Assembly (NCBI GenBank): GCA_041589455.1
Contig: JBFHVQ010000002.1
Coordinates: 9,120 to 73,119, forward strand
Source of the DNA: Gammaproteobacteria bacterium
GTDB taxonomy: Bacteria; Pseudomonadota; Gammaproteobacteria; SZUA-229
Reading direction: 5' to 3'
Length of the DNA stretch: 64,000 nucleotides
How positions within the stretch are numbered: the first letter of the stretch is position 1; each line of letters opens with the position of its first letter. The translations under genes were made by a program, and so were the position numbers. The notes under the pieces were generated by a model, which was not told the origin of the DNA, searched no databases, and worked only from the letters and a program-made list of their open reading frames with translations. Positions 30,400 through 40,450 of this stretch are shown here, in pieces.

Positions 30400-31203
30400 A
30401 TGGATCAACTTGAAGCAGATAAAATACGAAATCAGGTAAGAGACTCTTACAGCAAGGTTGCTGAAGCTGACAACAACGGCGACTGCTGCGGTGTCGCCTC
30501 CAGTTGCTGCGGCGTATCTGATGAACAACAAATCAATCAACTCATCTCAACACGACTCGGTTATAGTGAAGAAGATATACGCAATACACCTGATGGTGCA
30601 GACATGGGCCTTGGCTGCGGCAACCCAAAGGCTATCGCGGAACTAAAAACTGGGGAAACAGTCATCGATCTGGGAAGCGGTGGTGGCTTCGACGCCTTTC
30701 TTGCCGCCAATGAAGTGGGTGATACAGGCAAGGTTATTGGTATTGATATGACACCAGAAATGCTCAGTAAAGCTCGCGCAAATGCAGAAAAAGGTCAATA
30801 TAAACAGGTGGAATTCCGTCTTGGCGAAATAGAACATATGCCTGTTGCTGACAATTATGCAGACGTCATTATTTCTAATTGCGTTATTAATCTGTCACCC
30901 AATAAACAACGTGTATTTAATGAGGCTTATCGCATATTAAAAACTGGTGGCCGTCTGGCGATTTCTGATGTTGTTTGCAGCACAAAATTACCAGATGATA
31001 TTCGAGACAATGTACAGCTTTACTCTGCCTGCGTTAGTGGCGCCTCAAGTATAAAAGAAATCGAGACGATGCTTAACTCCTCTGGATTCACCGACATCTC
31101 CATCACAGCTAAAGATGATAGTCGTGAGTTTATCAAAGATTGGGCGCCCGGCAGCAATATTGAGAATTATGTTTTATCCGCATACATTCAGGCAAGAAAA
31201 TAA
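30400..31203 (+). CDS. arsM: arsenite S-adenosylmethionine methyltransferase
   Basis: VIDLGSGGGFD SAM motif plus the conserved Cys contexts CCGV..CCGV, GLGCGNP, SNCVINL and SACVSGA. GAGG SD before ATG 30400. Confidence 0.88.
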   Translation: MDQLEADKIRNQVRDSYSKVAEADNNGDCCGVASSCCGVSDEQQINQLISTRLGYSEEDIRNTPDGADMGLGCGNPKAIAELKTGETVIDLGSGGGFDAFLAANEVGDTGKVIGIDMTPEMLSKARANAEKGQYKQVEFRLGEIEHMPVADNYADVIISNCVINLSPNKQRVFNEAYRILKTGGRLAISDVVCSTKLPDDIRDNVQLYSACVSGASSIKEIETMLNSSGFTDISITAKDDSREFIKDWAPGSNIENYVLSAYIQARK

Positions 31204-31215
31204 TCATTATACTAA

Positions 31216-33198
31216 TCATTTATTATCTTCTGGCTTAACCGGTAAAATCAGGGAAAACATTGCGCCTTTGCCTTTTCCTTCGCTGTGAACTTTAATATCA
31301 CCATTCAATTCTTTTGCCATTAATGCGCTATGGTGCAAACCATAGCCATGCCCGCCTTTTCTCTTTTTGTAGCCAAACTCAAAAAGACGGGTCATAGTTT
31401 CATCATCTATACCAACACCATTATCTTTAACTGAAAACTCCAAATCTTTTCCATACTGTTTTATACCTAATACAATATTTCTATTATCCACATCATTATT
31501 CATAAGCGCATATTTTGCATTACTAATAAAATTAACCAGAACCTGTATGACTTTATGCTTATCTACTGTCAACTCTTCATTAACTTCATACTCATAAGTC
31601 AGTGTAACTCGATTATTATTGAGACTGGATATGTTTATCTTTACTGCATCATCAAACAACTGACTTGCCAATATGGTTTCAACAATACCCATGCCTCCCG
31701 CATACGCCTGCTGCATTGAAATAATAGTTTTTATATGATCAATATTATCTCCAAGACAATCTAGCTCTTTGATCTGATTCTTCTGATCCACTTCGATCTG
31801 ACTAGCAAGCTTTTCAATATAGGGTATTATGAATTTTCCTTTTTCATCATTTTCTATAAAATTACAAAGATCTGATTTATTCTCATTCAACAGGTCTGAT
31901 ACCTTGCTCAGACTCAGCACCTTGCTATTTCTTATTTTTTCTTTTAGCACTGATGTCGATACATTAATACTATTTAAAACATTTCCAACATTATGCAGCA
32001 CGCCACTAGCAACTTCAGCCATACCCGCGCTTCTTGCAACGGTCGCTATTTTAGAATTCAAATCCTTCAATTCTTCTGTTCTTTCATTAACTTTAATTTC
32101 CAGACCTTCATTTAGTTCTTTTAACGTTTTCTGAAAAACTTCACGTTCTGTCACATCACGAATAACAACCTGAATCAACTCTTTACCTCTCAAGTCGATA
32201 GCGGTTATTTCCACATCCACTGATATCTCTACGTCGTAAATATTAGAAAAGAACCAATGATACCTTTTTTTAACCCCTACTTTCGCCTGCTTGATTGCTT
32301 CACTTATAGGAATCGAGTGTGATTCCTTCTCATCAATCCTGAAACGATTAACAAAATCAGAATCTATATCACCTAAATCTTCGATATTATTCACCGAAAA
32401 CATGGCTAATGCATTTTCATTTGCATCAATAATCTGATTATTTTCGAGCACTAGCACCGAATCCATACTTCCTTCAATTAGCGCTTTAAACTTCATCCCT
32501 TCATTTTCAATATGCCATGCTTGCTGTGATATTCTGCGTAAAATATACAACGAGCTAACAAATATCAGCACAACCACCACCACACTTAACAAAGTGACCG
32601 TTCTTGACGCAGCCTGCTTAGACAACCTTGACTGCTCAACAATTTTATCATTTTTCTTTTTTTGTAGTTCCAACATACGATCTACAATATCAAAAACCTG
32701 AGTCTGGTATTCGAGTGCCAGTTCTATCAACTCTAATGCTTGCTGTCTATTCCCCGCTATAACATTTTCATAAATATCATATTGAACAGCAACGGCATTT
32801 ATCGAAATATCTCGTTGCTCATCCAGCATTTTCATTTCGTCCTGATCGAGTTCGAGTGCAATATATTTTTCACGAGCCTGTAAAAAAGCAGTTCCTTGCT
32901 CTCTGAATTTTATCCACTCTTCGTCAACAAGAAATTCATCTTCGACCAGCAGTGTCATCATTAGCCTGAGATTTCTTTCCCTGGCGGATATTCTCATATC
33001 ATATAATAAACCTGTCTTTACATACGAGGCTTTAACCAACTCATCAAGACTCTGGCTTAATGACCTCAATTCATTGAGCGAGATAATACTCATCAAAATG
33101 ATTAACGCACAGGTTACTAACAGACCTGATATCAGTGCATTTCTGATATTTTTGATGGCTGGATAGGCTGATGAAAAATGTGAATCGTGAACCGACAT
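31216..33198 (-). CDS. orphan sensor histidine kinase (TM - helical sensor - TM - PAS - HK)
   Basis: Two TM segments flank a helical periplasmic domain. PAS domain, H-box GVLHNVGNVLNS, and HATPase (DNGVGI, GGHGYGL). No response regulator is adjacent. Confidence 0.88.
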   Translation of the reverse strand: MSVHDSHFSSAYPAIKNIRNALISGLLVTCALIILMSIISLNELRSLSQSLDELVKASYVKTGLLYDMRISARERNLRLMMTLLVEDEFLVDEEWIKFREQGTAFLQAREKYIALELDQDEMKMLDEQRDISINAVAVQYDIYENVIAGNRQQALELIELALEYQTQVFDIVDRMLELQKKKNDKIVEQSRLSKQAASRTVTLLSVVVVVLIFVSSLYILRRISQQAWHIENEGMKFKALIEGSMDSVLVLENNQIIDANENALAMFSVNNIEDLGDIDSDFVNRFRIDEKESHSIPISEAIKQAKVGVKKRYHWFFSNIYDVEISVDVEITAIDLRGKELIQVVIRDVTEREVFQKTLKELNEGLEIKVNERTEELKDLNSKIATVARSAGMAEVASGVLHNVGNVLNSINVSTSVLKEKIRNSKVLSLSKVSDLLNENKSDLCNFIENDEKGKFIIPYIEKLASQIEVDQKNQIKELDCLGDNIDHIKTIISMQQAYAGGMGIVETILASQLFDDAVKINISSLNNNRVTLTYEYEVNEELTVDKHKVIQVLVNFISNAKYALMNNDVDNRNIVLGIKQYGKDLEFSVKDNGVGIDDETMTRLFEFGYKKRKGGHGYGLHHSALMAKELNGDIKVHSEGKGKGAMFSLILPVKPEDNK

Positions 33199-33388
33199 AT
33201 GAGCTTTCTTAATTATATTAAGAAAAAGTATAGCTCATAGGATAGAACAAAAAGTTTATTCGAAGACCGCCCGCTAAAACGGAGACACCTGCTTTACGCT
33301 ATTTTTAGCAAGTAATAACATAATGATATTTGTTTTTTATAAATAAGGGGCCGCTATTACAGCCACACCCCTTGGTATAAACACGGTG

Positions 33389-34744
33389 CTAACGCATCGT
33401 GACCAGCTCTTCAGCGCTCGTTGGGTGTATCGCAACCGTATCATCAAAGTCTTTTTTGGTCGCCCCCATTCTCATGGCAACAGCGAAGCCCTGCAGCATT
33501 TCATCACAACCCGGGCCAATAATATGACAACCAACCACTTTCTCCTGAGCCCCCAGACACACCAGCTTCATCGCGGTCGGCACTTCATGGCTTGTCATCG
33601 CGTTATACATGGCGGTAAAGCGTGTTTGATACACTTTTACCGCATCCCCATGCTCTTTCCTGGCTTCTTCTTCTGTCAGACCAACCGTGCCAATCGGTGG
33701 ATGACTAAACACAACCGTTGAGATCAGATTGTAATCCAGATGACGATCGCTCTGATTATTGTATAAGCGATCAGCAAGGCGCCTACCAGCAGCGATTGCC
33801 ACCGGTGTTAACGGCTCACGACCGGTTACATCACCAAGCGAAAATATATTAGACACATTGGTATTCTGGAAAGTGTCACAGGGGATAAAACCGGCCTCAT
33901 CTCGCTCCAGCCCTGCCGCATCAAGGTTCATACCTTGGGTATTTGGGTGACGGCCTATCGCCCATATCAGCACATCATAGCCTGTATTTTTATTCCCTTT
34001 ATCATCACAAAGTGTCAGGCTGCCATCTTCTTCCTTGATCACTTCGGTAATCTGCGTCTGGGCAACGATTTCGATACCCTGATCCATCATTTCTTCGAGC
34101 AGGGTTTCTCGTAACATATGATCAAATGTACGCAGTAAATGCTTCTTTCTTAAGTACATATTGACATCACTTCCCAGGGCTTTCAGCACACCAGCAACTT
34201 CAACGGCGATATACCCGGAACCCACTATTGCGACCTTTTTAGGACATTCCGTTAATTCAAAAAAACCATCTGATGTCATACCATGCTCAGCACCCGGAAT
34301 CTCTGGAACCGTCGGCGTTGTACCCGGCGAGACCACAATGTGCTTTGCGGTGTATTTTTTGCCATCCACATCAAGCGTATTCGCATCCACAAACGAGGCA
34401 AAGCCCTGTAGCTCATCGATGTTCGAGTCTGCCAGGTAATTGTGATACCAGTTGTTAATACCTGATATATAATTTTCTCGCTTGGTCACCAGATGATTCC
34501 AGTCGAAACCTTTATTTTCTATATCAAAGCCATAATCTCTGGCATCGTCCAGGGCATGCGCCAGATTAGCGCCAAACCACATCACTTTCTTTGGCACACA
34601 GCCCACATTCACACAGGTACCGCCTATTTTACCCATTTCTACTACTGCACATTTAGCACCATATGTCGCTGCACGCTCAGCCACTGAAAGCCCGCCGCTA
34701 CCTGCACCAATTGCGATTAAGTCATAATCATATTTTTTTGCCAT
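33389..34744 (-). CDS. gor: glutathione-disulfide reductase
   Basis: [12 protein letters not shown], redox-active [13 protein letters not shown] and C-terminal HPTSAEE. ATG 34744 (MAKKYDYD) is preferred over the long ORF start. Confidence 0.92.
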   Translation of the reverse strand: MAKKYDYDLIAIGAGSGGLSVAERAATYGAKCAVVEMGKIGGTCVNVGCVPKKVMWFGANLAHALDDARDYGFDIENKGFDWNHLVTKRENYISGINNWYHNYLADSNIDELQGFASFVDANTLDVDGKKYTAKHIVVSPGTTPTVPEIPGAEHGMTSDGFFELTECPKKVAIVGSGYIAVEVAGVLKALGSDVNMYLRKKHLLRTFDHMLRETLLEEMMDQGIEIVAQTQITEVIKEEDGSLTLCDDKGNKNTGYDVLIWAIGRHPNTQGMNLDAAGLERDEAGFIPCDTFQNTNVSNIFSLGDVTGREPLTPVAIAAGRRLADRLYNNQSDRHLDYNLISTVVFSHPPIGTVGLTEEEARKEHGDAVKVYQTRFTAMYNAMTSHEVPTAMKLVCLGAQEKVVGCHIIGPGCDEMLQGFAVAMRMGATKKDFDDTVAIHPTSAEELVTMR

Positions 34745-34791
34745 GATAAACCCTGTAGTGAAATCTCGAGGTCGGGTAATATACCAGCACA

Positions 34792-35730
34792 ATGATCAAC
34801 GGAACACCCAATCTTAATATGTTGTTATTCAGTACGCTTAAAAAACTCAGCTCATCCAGCCAGTATCAGCACATCATTGACCGGCTTGAGCAATACAGTT
34901 TATTGATACGCCTGGATCGCCCGGTAGGTATCTTCCTGTTATTGTGGCCGACTCTCTGGGCACTCTGGATTGCAGCTAAAGGCTGGCCAGACCCTCTGGT
35001 CCTGTTTGTTTTCGTCAGCGGTGTCTTTCTGATGCGATCAGCCGGCTGCGCCATCAATGATTTTGCCGACCGTAAGATCGACCCTCATGTTGCCAGAACT
35101 AAGGATCGCCCTCTGGCCGCAGGGCGCATTACCAGCAGGGAAGCCCTTGCCGTATTCGCCGGCCTCTCCATTACCGCCTTTTTACTGGTTCTCTTGATGA
35201 ATAGACTGACCATCTATATGAGCTTTATCGGACTGCTACTAGCGGCCAGCTACCCCTTCATGAAGCGTTTCCACTATATGCCACAGGTTCACCTTGGGGC
35301 TGCCTTTGGCTGGGCCGCTCCTATGGCATTTACTGCACAGGCCAATGAAATTACTCAGGTTACCTGGCTTATATTTATGGCAACCGTCCTCTGGGCTACA
35401 GCTTATGACACCATGTATGCAATGGCTGATCGTGAAGACGATTTGAAAATTGGTGTGAAATCTACCGCCATTCTTTTTGGGGATGCAGATAAACTGATCA
35501 TCGGCCTGCTTCAGGCATTACTAATTCTGGATCTAATACTAATTGGTCGTCATTCACAGCTAGGGCTTTACTATTATCTTGGATTAGGACTTGCCAGCGC
35601 CTTTGCTGTTTACCAGCAATACCTGATTAAAGACCGAAACCCTCAACTGTGCTTCAAGGCATTTTTAAATAATAACTGGTTCGGAGTCAGTGTATTTTTT
35701 GGCATTTTCGTTGACTTCTGGGTACACTAG
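34792..35730 (+). CDS. ubiA: 4-hydroxybenzoate polyprenyltransferase
   Basis: [30 protein letters not shown] and [13 protein letters not shown] motifs. The start could be ATG 34819. Confidence 0.92.
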   Translation: MINGTPNLNMLLFSTLKKLSSSSQYQHIIDRLEQYSLLIRLDRPVGIFLLLWPTLWALWIAAKGWPDPLVLFVFVSGVFLMRSAGCAINDFADRKIDPHVARTKDRPLAAGRITSREALAVFAGLSITAFLLVLLMNRLTIYMSFIGLLLAASYPFMKRFHYMPQVHLGAAFGWAAPMAFTAQANEITQVTWLIFMATVLWATAYDTMYAMADREDDLKIGVKSTAILFGDADKLIIGLLQALLILDLILIGRHSQLGLYYYLGLGLASAFAVYQQYLIKDRNPQLCFKAFLNNNWFGVSVFFGIFVDFWVH

Positions 35731-35778
35731 TCACTCAAACCGCTTAACGAATTAATATGCATACGATGTGATTTAGCC

Positions 35779-36162
35779 ATGCAAGAACTCAACCTACCCT
35801 TTGCCGATATAAAGATATTACGTGATGATATCGCTGAAGTTATCATTCATGAAGGTATCGAGCTAGACCTTGAAATGGTCAATCAATATCACGAAACCCT
35901 GCTTAAGCACTTAGCAGCACCTTTTTCCTTGCTCATCAATAAGATCCATCCTTATACCTACACTTTCGAAGCACAGAAAATAATCGCAACCCTGCCAGAA
36001 ATCAATGCCATGGCTGTCATTGTTTACAGCGATATCTCAAAAGTAAGCACGCACAGCCTTGCCTCATTCCCTCGTGATACTCAGTGGAACATACAGATTT
36101 TTCAGGACAGGGATGCAGCCATGAGCTGGCTAGAGTTACAACAAAAAAACATTAGCGTTTAA
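35779..36162 (+). CDS. hypothetical protein (possibly STAS/SpoIIAA-like fold)
   Basis: ORF only. The weak resemblance to STAS-like DUFs is from memory. Confidence 0.35.
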   Translation: MQELNLPFADIKILRDDIAEVIIHEGIELDLEMVNQYHETLLKHLAAPFSLLINKIHPYTYTFEAQKIIATLPEINAMAVIVYSDISKVSTHSLASFPRDTQWNIQIFQDRDAAMSWLELQQKNISV

Positions 36163-36177
36163 TAAATTAGCTGAATT

Positions 36178-36681
36178 TTATAAACCCTGACTGCGATTAT
36201 AATTTTCCACGCATATTGAAAAATCCAACTGTTCTGCATCAATTGTCTGCATCCATTGATCTGCCGCCAGGTAACCCCAAGCGATAACTGCAATAAACAC
36301 AAGAGGCAAAAACAACAATAAAAACCAACCTCTGAGTTTTGCTTTCTGGCCTTTGATGATTTTCGTTTTGCGAAATACTTTTTTATTCTTAGGTGGAATT
36401 TGTGCGTCACGTATTATTTTAACTGCATACACTGATGTTACCGGTTGCATCATCAGCATTATCAACAGCGGCACGCCGACAAACAAACCATATATCATTA
36501 CAACAACACCCTGAACACCATAAAACTCTTTACAATGTATCTTACTAATAAACTCAGTAAGCCAGGGGATTATATAAAACTCACCAGCTATGGCAATTAT
36601 TAACACAATAAGCAGGTAGCTCAGCGCAATACGAATACGTTCATGTCGACTATATAGCGGTGCATATTCTTGTTCAGGCAT
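36178..36681 (-). CDS. hypothetical integral membrane protein (4 TM)
   Basis: Four hydrophobic segments. No family recognised. Confidence 0.45.
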   Translation of the reverse strand: MPEQEYAPLYSRHERIRIALSYLLIVLIIAIAGEFYIIPWLTEFISKIHCKEFYGVQGVVVMIYGLFVGVPLLIMLMMQPVTSVYAVKIIRDAQIPPKNKKVFRKTKIIKGQKAKLRGWFLLLFLPLVFIAVIAWGYLAADQWMQTIDAEQLDFSICVENYNRSQGL

Positions 36682-36702
36682 TTTTAGTTACATTTAATAT
36701 TT

Positions 36703-37245
36703 TTACAGTTTTAACTCGACCATTTCACCAGGGAGAATATTTTTTAATGTCCATTCTCCAACTTTATAACGAATCAATCGTAAAGTTGGAAACCCGACAG
36801 CTGCTGTCATTCGTCTAACTTGACGATTTCTACCTTCTCTAATGGTTAACTCTAGCCAGCTTGTCGGTATGTTTTTTCGAAATCGTACTGGTGGATCTCT
36901 GGGCCATAACATTTCTGGCGGATCTATTATTCTTGCTTTTGCAGGCAGACTTAAACCATCCTTGAGCATAACGCCTTTGCGCAACTGCTTAATTGCCTCT
37001 TCGGTGATTTGCCCGTCAACCTGGGCCCAGTAAGTTTTTTCCATCTTATTTTTAGGACTAGCAATCTTATGCTGTAATTTTCCATCATCCGTCAGCAATA
37101 ACAAACCTTCCGAATCATGATCAAGCCGTCCTGCTGCATAAACATTTTTAATCTTAATATACTCAGCTAAAGACGCGTGCTTTTCATGCTCACTGAACTG
37201 ACAAATAACGCCATAAGGCTTATTAAACAATATCAAACGCGACAT
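36703..37245 (-). CDS. rluE: rRNA pseudouridine synthase (RluE-like, RsuA family)
   Basis: ILFNKPYGV and catalytic AAGRLDHDSEGLLLLT motifs. 180 aa, with no S4 domain. Confidence 0.85.
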   Translation of the reverse strand: MSRLILFNKPYGVICQFSEHEKHASLAEYIKIKNVYAAGRLDHDSEGLLLLTDDGKLQHKIASPKNKMEKTYWAQVDGQITEEAIKQLRKGVMLKDGLSLPAKARIIDPPEMLWPRDPPVRFRKNIPTSWLELTIREGRNRQVRRMTAAVGFPTLRLIRYKVGEWTLKNILPGEMVELKL

Positions 37246-37248
37246 AAT

Positions 37249-38136
37249 TTATAATTGCAACCAACGCTGGCGACGTTGATCACTTACATTGAGCGTATCG
37301 AGTAACTCATGGAATACATCTTCATCTGGAATACCCTGCCAGCGAATATGATTGTCATGATTATCAAAAACTGCATTAGTTACAATTTCTGTTAGGCGCT
37401 TATTGGTAGGCAGCAATTCCTTATGCTCTTCAACCAGATTCTGTATGCGCGCAGAGCCTCTAAATTTCATTTTAGAAATATGCTCAATATTCTGCAAAAC
37501 ATCTTCAATGTTTTGATACTTTTTTAATATATTGGACGCCATTTTATAACCAACACCGGGTATACCTGGAATATTGTCGACTTTATCTCCAGAGAGCGCC
37601 AACATATCTGCTATCTGATCCGGTCTTACGCCAAACTGCTTTTCCACACCTCTGGCATTTAAAACATTACCACGTGCAAAATCCCACCAGGCGTCTTTTT
37701 CTCCTAGCACCAGTTGCGTCAGATCTTTATCCGCACTGACAATGGTAATATCAAAACCTTCACTTCTGAGTCGATTAGCAAGCGTGCCAATAATGTCATC
37801 CGCTTCAAATCGATTACTACCAAACTCAGGAATACCAACTGCGCGACAAAATTCCCGGCAATAACGAAATTGTATAATTAACTCTTCTGGCGCAGGTGGT
37901 CTGTTTGCTTTGTACTCTGGAAAAATTTCGCCACGGTACGAATTTGTCTGATGCGCATCAAAAGCACAGGCAATATACTCTGGCTGTTTTTGTTGAAATA
38001 ACTGGTATAGGAACTCGGTAAATCCATAAACTGCATTTGCAGGGTTACCATGTATATCCTCAATGGCATCGTCATAGACATGCCAAGCACGAAATATATA
38101 GATACTTGAATCGATTAAATAGGCGCGTTTATTCAT
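37249..38136 (-). CDS. 5'-3' exonuclease / flap endonuclease (Pol I N-domain-like)
   Basis: YKANRPPAPEEL, EADDIIGTLA, SADKDLTQL and GIPGVG H3TH motifs. Confidence 0.85.
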   Translation of the reverse strand: MNKRAYLIDSSIYIFRAWHVYDDAIEDIHGNPANAVYGFTEFLYQLFQQKQPEYIACAFDAHQTNSYRGEIFPEYKANRPPAPEELIIQFRYCREFCRAVGIPEFGSNRFEADDIIGTLANRLRSEGFDITIVSADKDLTQLVLGEKDAWWDFARGNVLNARGVEKQFGVRPDQIADMLALSGDKVDNIPGIPGVGYKMASNILKKYQNIEDVLQNIEHISKMKFRGSARIQNLVEEHKELLPTNKRLTEIVTNAVFDNHDNHIRWQGIPDEDVFHELLDTLNVSDQRRQRWLQL

Positions 38137-38176
38137 CGCGCTAGTTTAACGCAGCAGCAGGTTTACGTCCTGTTTT

Positions 38177-39106
38177 TTACAGGCTCTCCAGGGTCTGTAG
38201 ATCTTTCTGAACCGCTGCGACGGAACTATTGAAGTTTTCCTGCTCAGCATCGTTTAACGTCAATGAAATAACTTTTTCCATTCCATTCTTACCCAGTACA
38301 CAAGGCACACCTATTGCCATGTCCTGATAACCATACTCCTGATCAAGTATCGCCACCGTAGGTAGAATACGCTTACGATCATTAACTATGGCATCAACCA
38401 TTACCGCCACGGCAGCCGCTGGCGCGTCAAAGGCTGAACTATTCTGTCGTAATGCAAGAATTTCAGCACCGCCATTTCGAGTTCGCTGCACAATATCATC
38501 CAGCGTTTCCTGATCAAGAAAATTACTCACGGGAATGCCTGATATTGTGGTGTATCGCATCATTGGGACCATAGAATCGCCATGACCACCCATCACCATC
38601 GCATCAATATCCAGCGCCGAATAGCCTGTTGCCATGGCGATAAAACTTGCCATACGGGTAGAGTCCAGCACCCCGGCCTGACCAAAGATACGACTACGAT
38701 CCCAACCGGTTTTCTGCCAGGCCCGGTAGGTAAGAATATCTACCGGATTAGAGACAAACAGCATCTTGCTATTGGGTGCATATTTTAGAGTGTTTTCGAC
38801 AATTTCATCGGTAACGCGAATATTAGTTTCCAGCACATCGGAGCGAGACATACCTGGCTTTCTTGGCACACCGGCGGTGACAATTATCAGATCCGAGTCT
38901 GCCATTAACTCGTAGTTACTGCCACCTTGCAGGCGCGTATCAAACCGAAACAACGGTGCATCTTCCTGAATATCTAGCGCTGCACCTTCTGCTGCACCTG
39001 CGCGAATATCTATTAATGAAATTTCACGACACATATCTCGAGAAGCAATAAACTGGGCGGTGGACTCACCTACTCGGCCAGCACCTACGACGGTAATCTT
39101 CTTCAT
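38177..39106 (-). CDS. mdh: malate dehydrogenase (LDH-like type)
   Basis: MKKITVVGAGRVG, TAGVPRKPGMSR and GGHGD motifs. Confidence 0.92.
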   Translation of the reverse strand: MKKITVVGAGRVGESTAQFIASRDMCREISLIDIRAGAAEGAALDIQEDAPLFRFDTRLQGGSNYELMADSDLIIVTAGVPRKPGMSRSDVLETNIRVTDEIVENTLKYAPNSKMLFVSNPVDILTYRAWQKTGWDRSRIFGQAGVLDSTRMASFIAMATGYSALDIDAMVMGGHGDSMVPMMRYTTISGIPVSNFLDQETLDDIVQRTRNGGAEILALRQNSSAFDAPAAAVAVMVDAIVNDRKRILPTVAILDQEYGYQDMAIGVPCVLGKNGMEKVISLTLNDAEQENFNSSVAAVQKDLQTLESL

Positions 39107-39161
39107 GACATCCCTCTGCTAGTAAAAATTATTGTTGTTCTTTACCAACAGAGTCTAGCAG

Positions 39162-40391
39162 TTACTCGTGGATATGTTTGGCCACGCCACTTTCCTGTGC
39201 CGCCTTTGCAACGGCAGCGGGCACACGCTCAATCAGGCGAGGATCGACCGGTTTGGGGATGATATAATCAGGACCAAATGTCATTTTTTCCAGACCATAT
39301 GCATCCAGCACCGACTCAGGCACTGGCTCCTTGGCCAGATTGCGAATTTCATTAACCGCAGCAATATGCATTTCCTGAGTAATCGTTGTAGCACCAGAAT
39401 CCAGCGCGCCTCTAAAAATATACGGGAACCCCAGTACGTTATTTACCTGATTAGGATAGTCACTTCGGCCAGTAGCCATAATCAGATCATCTCGTACCTG
39501 CATCGCAAGCTCAGGGTTGATTTCCGGGTTAGGATTAGATAACGCAAAAATAATTGGCCTTGCTGCCATTGCGGCAACCATTTCCTGAGTCATCAAATCA
39601 GGCCCTGATACACCAATAAATACATCTGCATCGGTTAGTGCATCCAGTGCGGTGCGCTTTTCTGTATTTACCGCAAATTCTGCTTTATAAATATTAAGGT
39701 CATCTCGTGAGGTATGAATCACACCATTTCGATCAAGCAACATCATATGCTCTTTCGGCACACCCAGACCCAGCAATAAACGCATCGATGCGATACCTGC
39801 TGCACCCGCACCCATGCAGACAATGTTAGCGTCTTCAATTTTTTTACCCTGAAGCTCTAATGCATTCAGTAACGCCGCTGCAATAATAATCGCGGTACCG
39901 TGCTGATCATCATGAAACACCGGTATATCCAGCATACTATCGAGTGTACGCTCTATTTCAAAACACTCAGGTGCTTTGATATCTTCCAGATTAATACCAC
40001 CAAATGTCGGTGCAATACGCCCCACAGTTTCAATAAAATCTTTAGGTACATCAGCATTGACTTCAATATCAAACACATCGACATTTGCAAAGCGCTTAAA
40101 CAGTACTGCCTTCCCTTCCATAACCGGCTTACCGGCTAGTGCCCCGACATTACCAAGCCCGAGCACCGCACTACCATTGGTTATTACTGCAACAAGATTC
40201 CCTTTGGACGTGTAGCGATAAGCGGCTTCAGAGTCTTCTGCAATGGCCCTAACTGGCTCAGCAACACCTGGCGTATAAGCCAGAGACAGGTCATCTTGCG
40301 TATTACAGGGTTTAGTGATTTCAGTCGCGATTTTTCCGGGAGAGGGGAATCGGTGATAATCTAGTGCACGCTTTTTATCTTGTTCTTTCAT
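39162..40391 (-). CDS. maeB: NAD(P)-dependent malic enzyme (short form, no PTA domain)
   Basis: ALDYH..PGKI, LSLAYTPGVAEP, FHDDQHGTA and GAGAAG motifs. Confidence 0.92.
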   Translation of the reverse strand: MKEQDKKRALDYHRFPSPGKIATEITKPCNTQDDLSLAYTPGVAEPVRAIAEDSEAAYRYTSKGNLVAVITNGSAVLGLGNVGALAGKPVMEGKAVLFKRFANVDVFDIEVNADVPKDFIETVGRIAPTFGGINLEDIKAPECFEIERTLDSMLDIPVFHDDQHGTAIIIAAALLNALELQGKKIEDANIVCMGAGAAGIASMRLLLGLGVPKEHMMLLDRNGVIHTSRDDLNIYKAEFAVNTEKRTALDALTDADVFIGVSGPDLMTQEMVAAMAARPIIFALSNPNPEINPELAMQVRDDLIMATGRSDYPNQVNNVLGFPYIFRGALDSGATTITQEMHIAAVNEIRNLAKEPVPESVLDAYGLEKMTFGPDYIIPKPVDPRLIERVPAAVAKAAQESGVAKHIHE

Positions 40392-40450
40392 TTTGCCAGC
40401 TTCGTTCTAAGCACCTGGGGAATTCCAGGCAGGGATATAATACTAGTGTA

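Noticed and set aside
33340-33388. Hairpin AAGGGG...CCCCTT downstream of gor as a terminator
   Set aside because: It has only 6 bp plus one wobble, a ~15-nt loop and no U-run on the gor strand, which is too weak to call.
34745-34792. Long gor start ([11 protein letters not shown]...) and plus-strand ORF 33386-33721
   Set aside because: The Rossmann GxGxxG begins right after MAKKYDYD at 34744, and the extension would leave no promoter space before ubiA. The plus-strand ORF is antisense to gor.
36159-36410. 83-aa ORF overlapping the 36178-36681 membrane-protein gene in another frame
   Set aside because: The longer frame encodes coherent TM helices. The short frame is basic, low-complexity shadow sequence.
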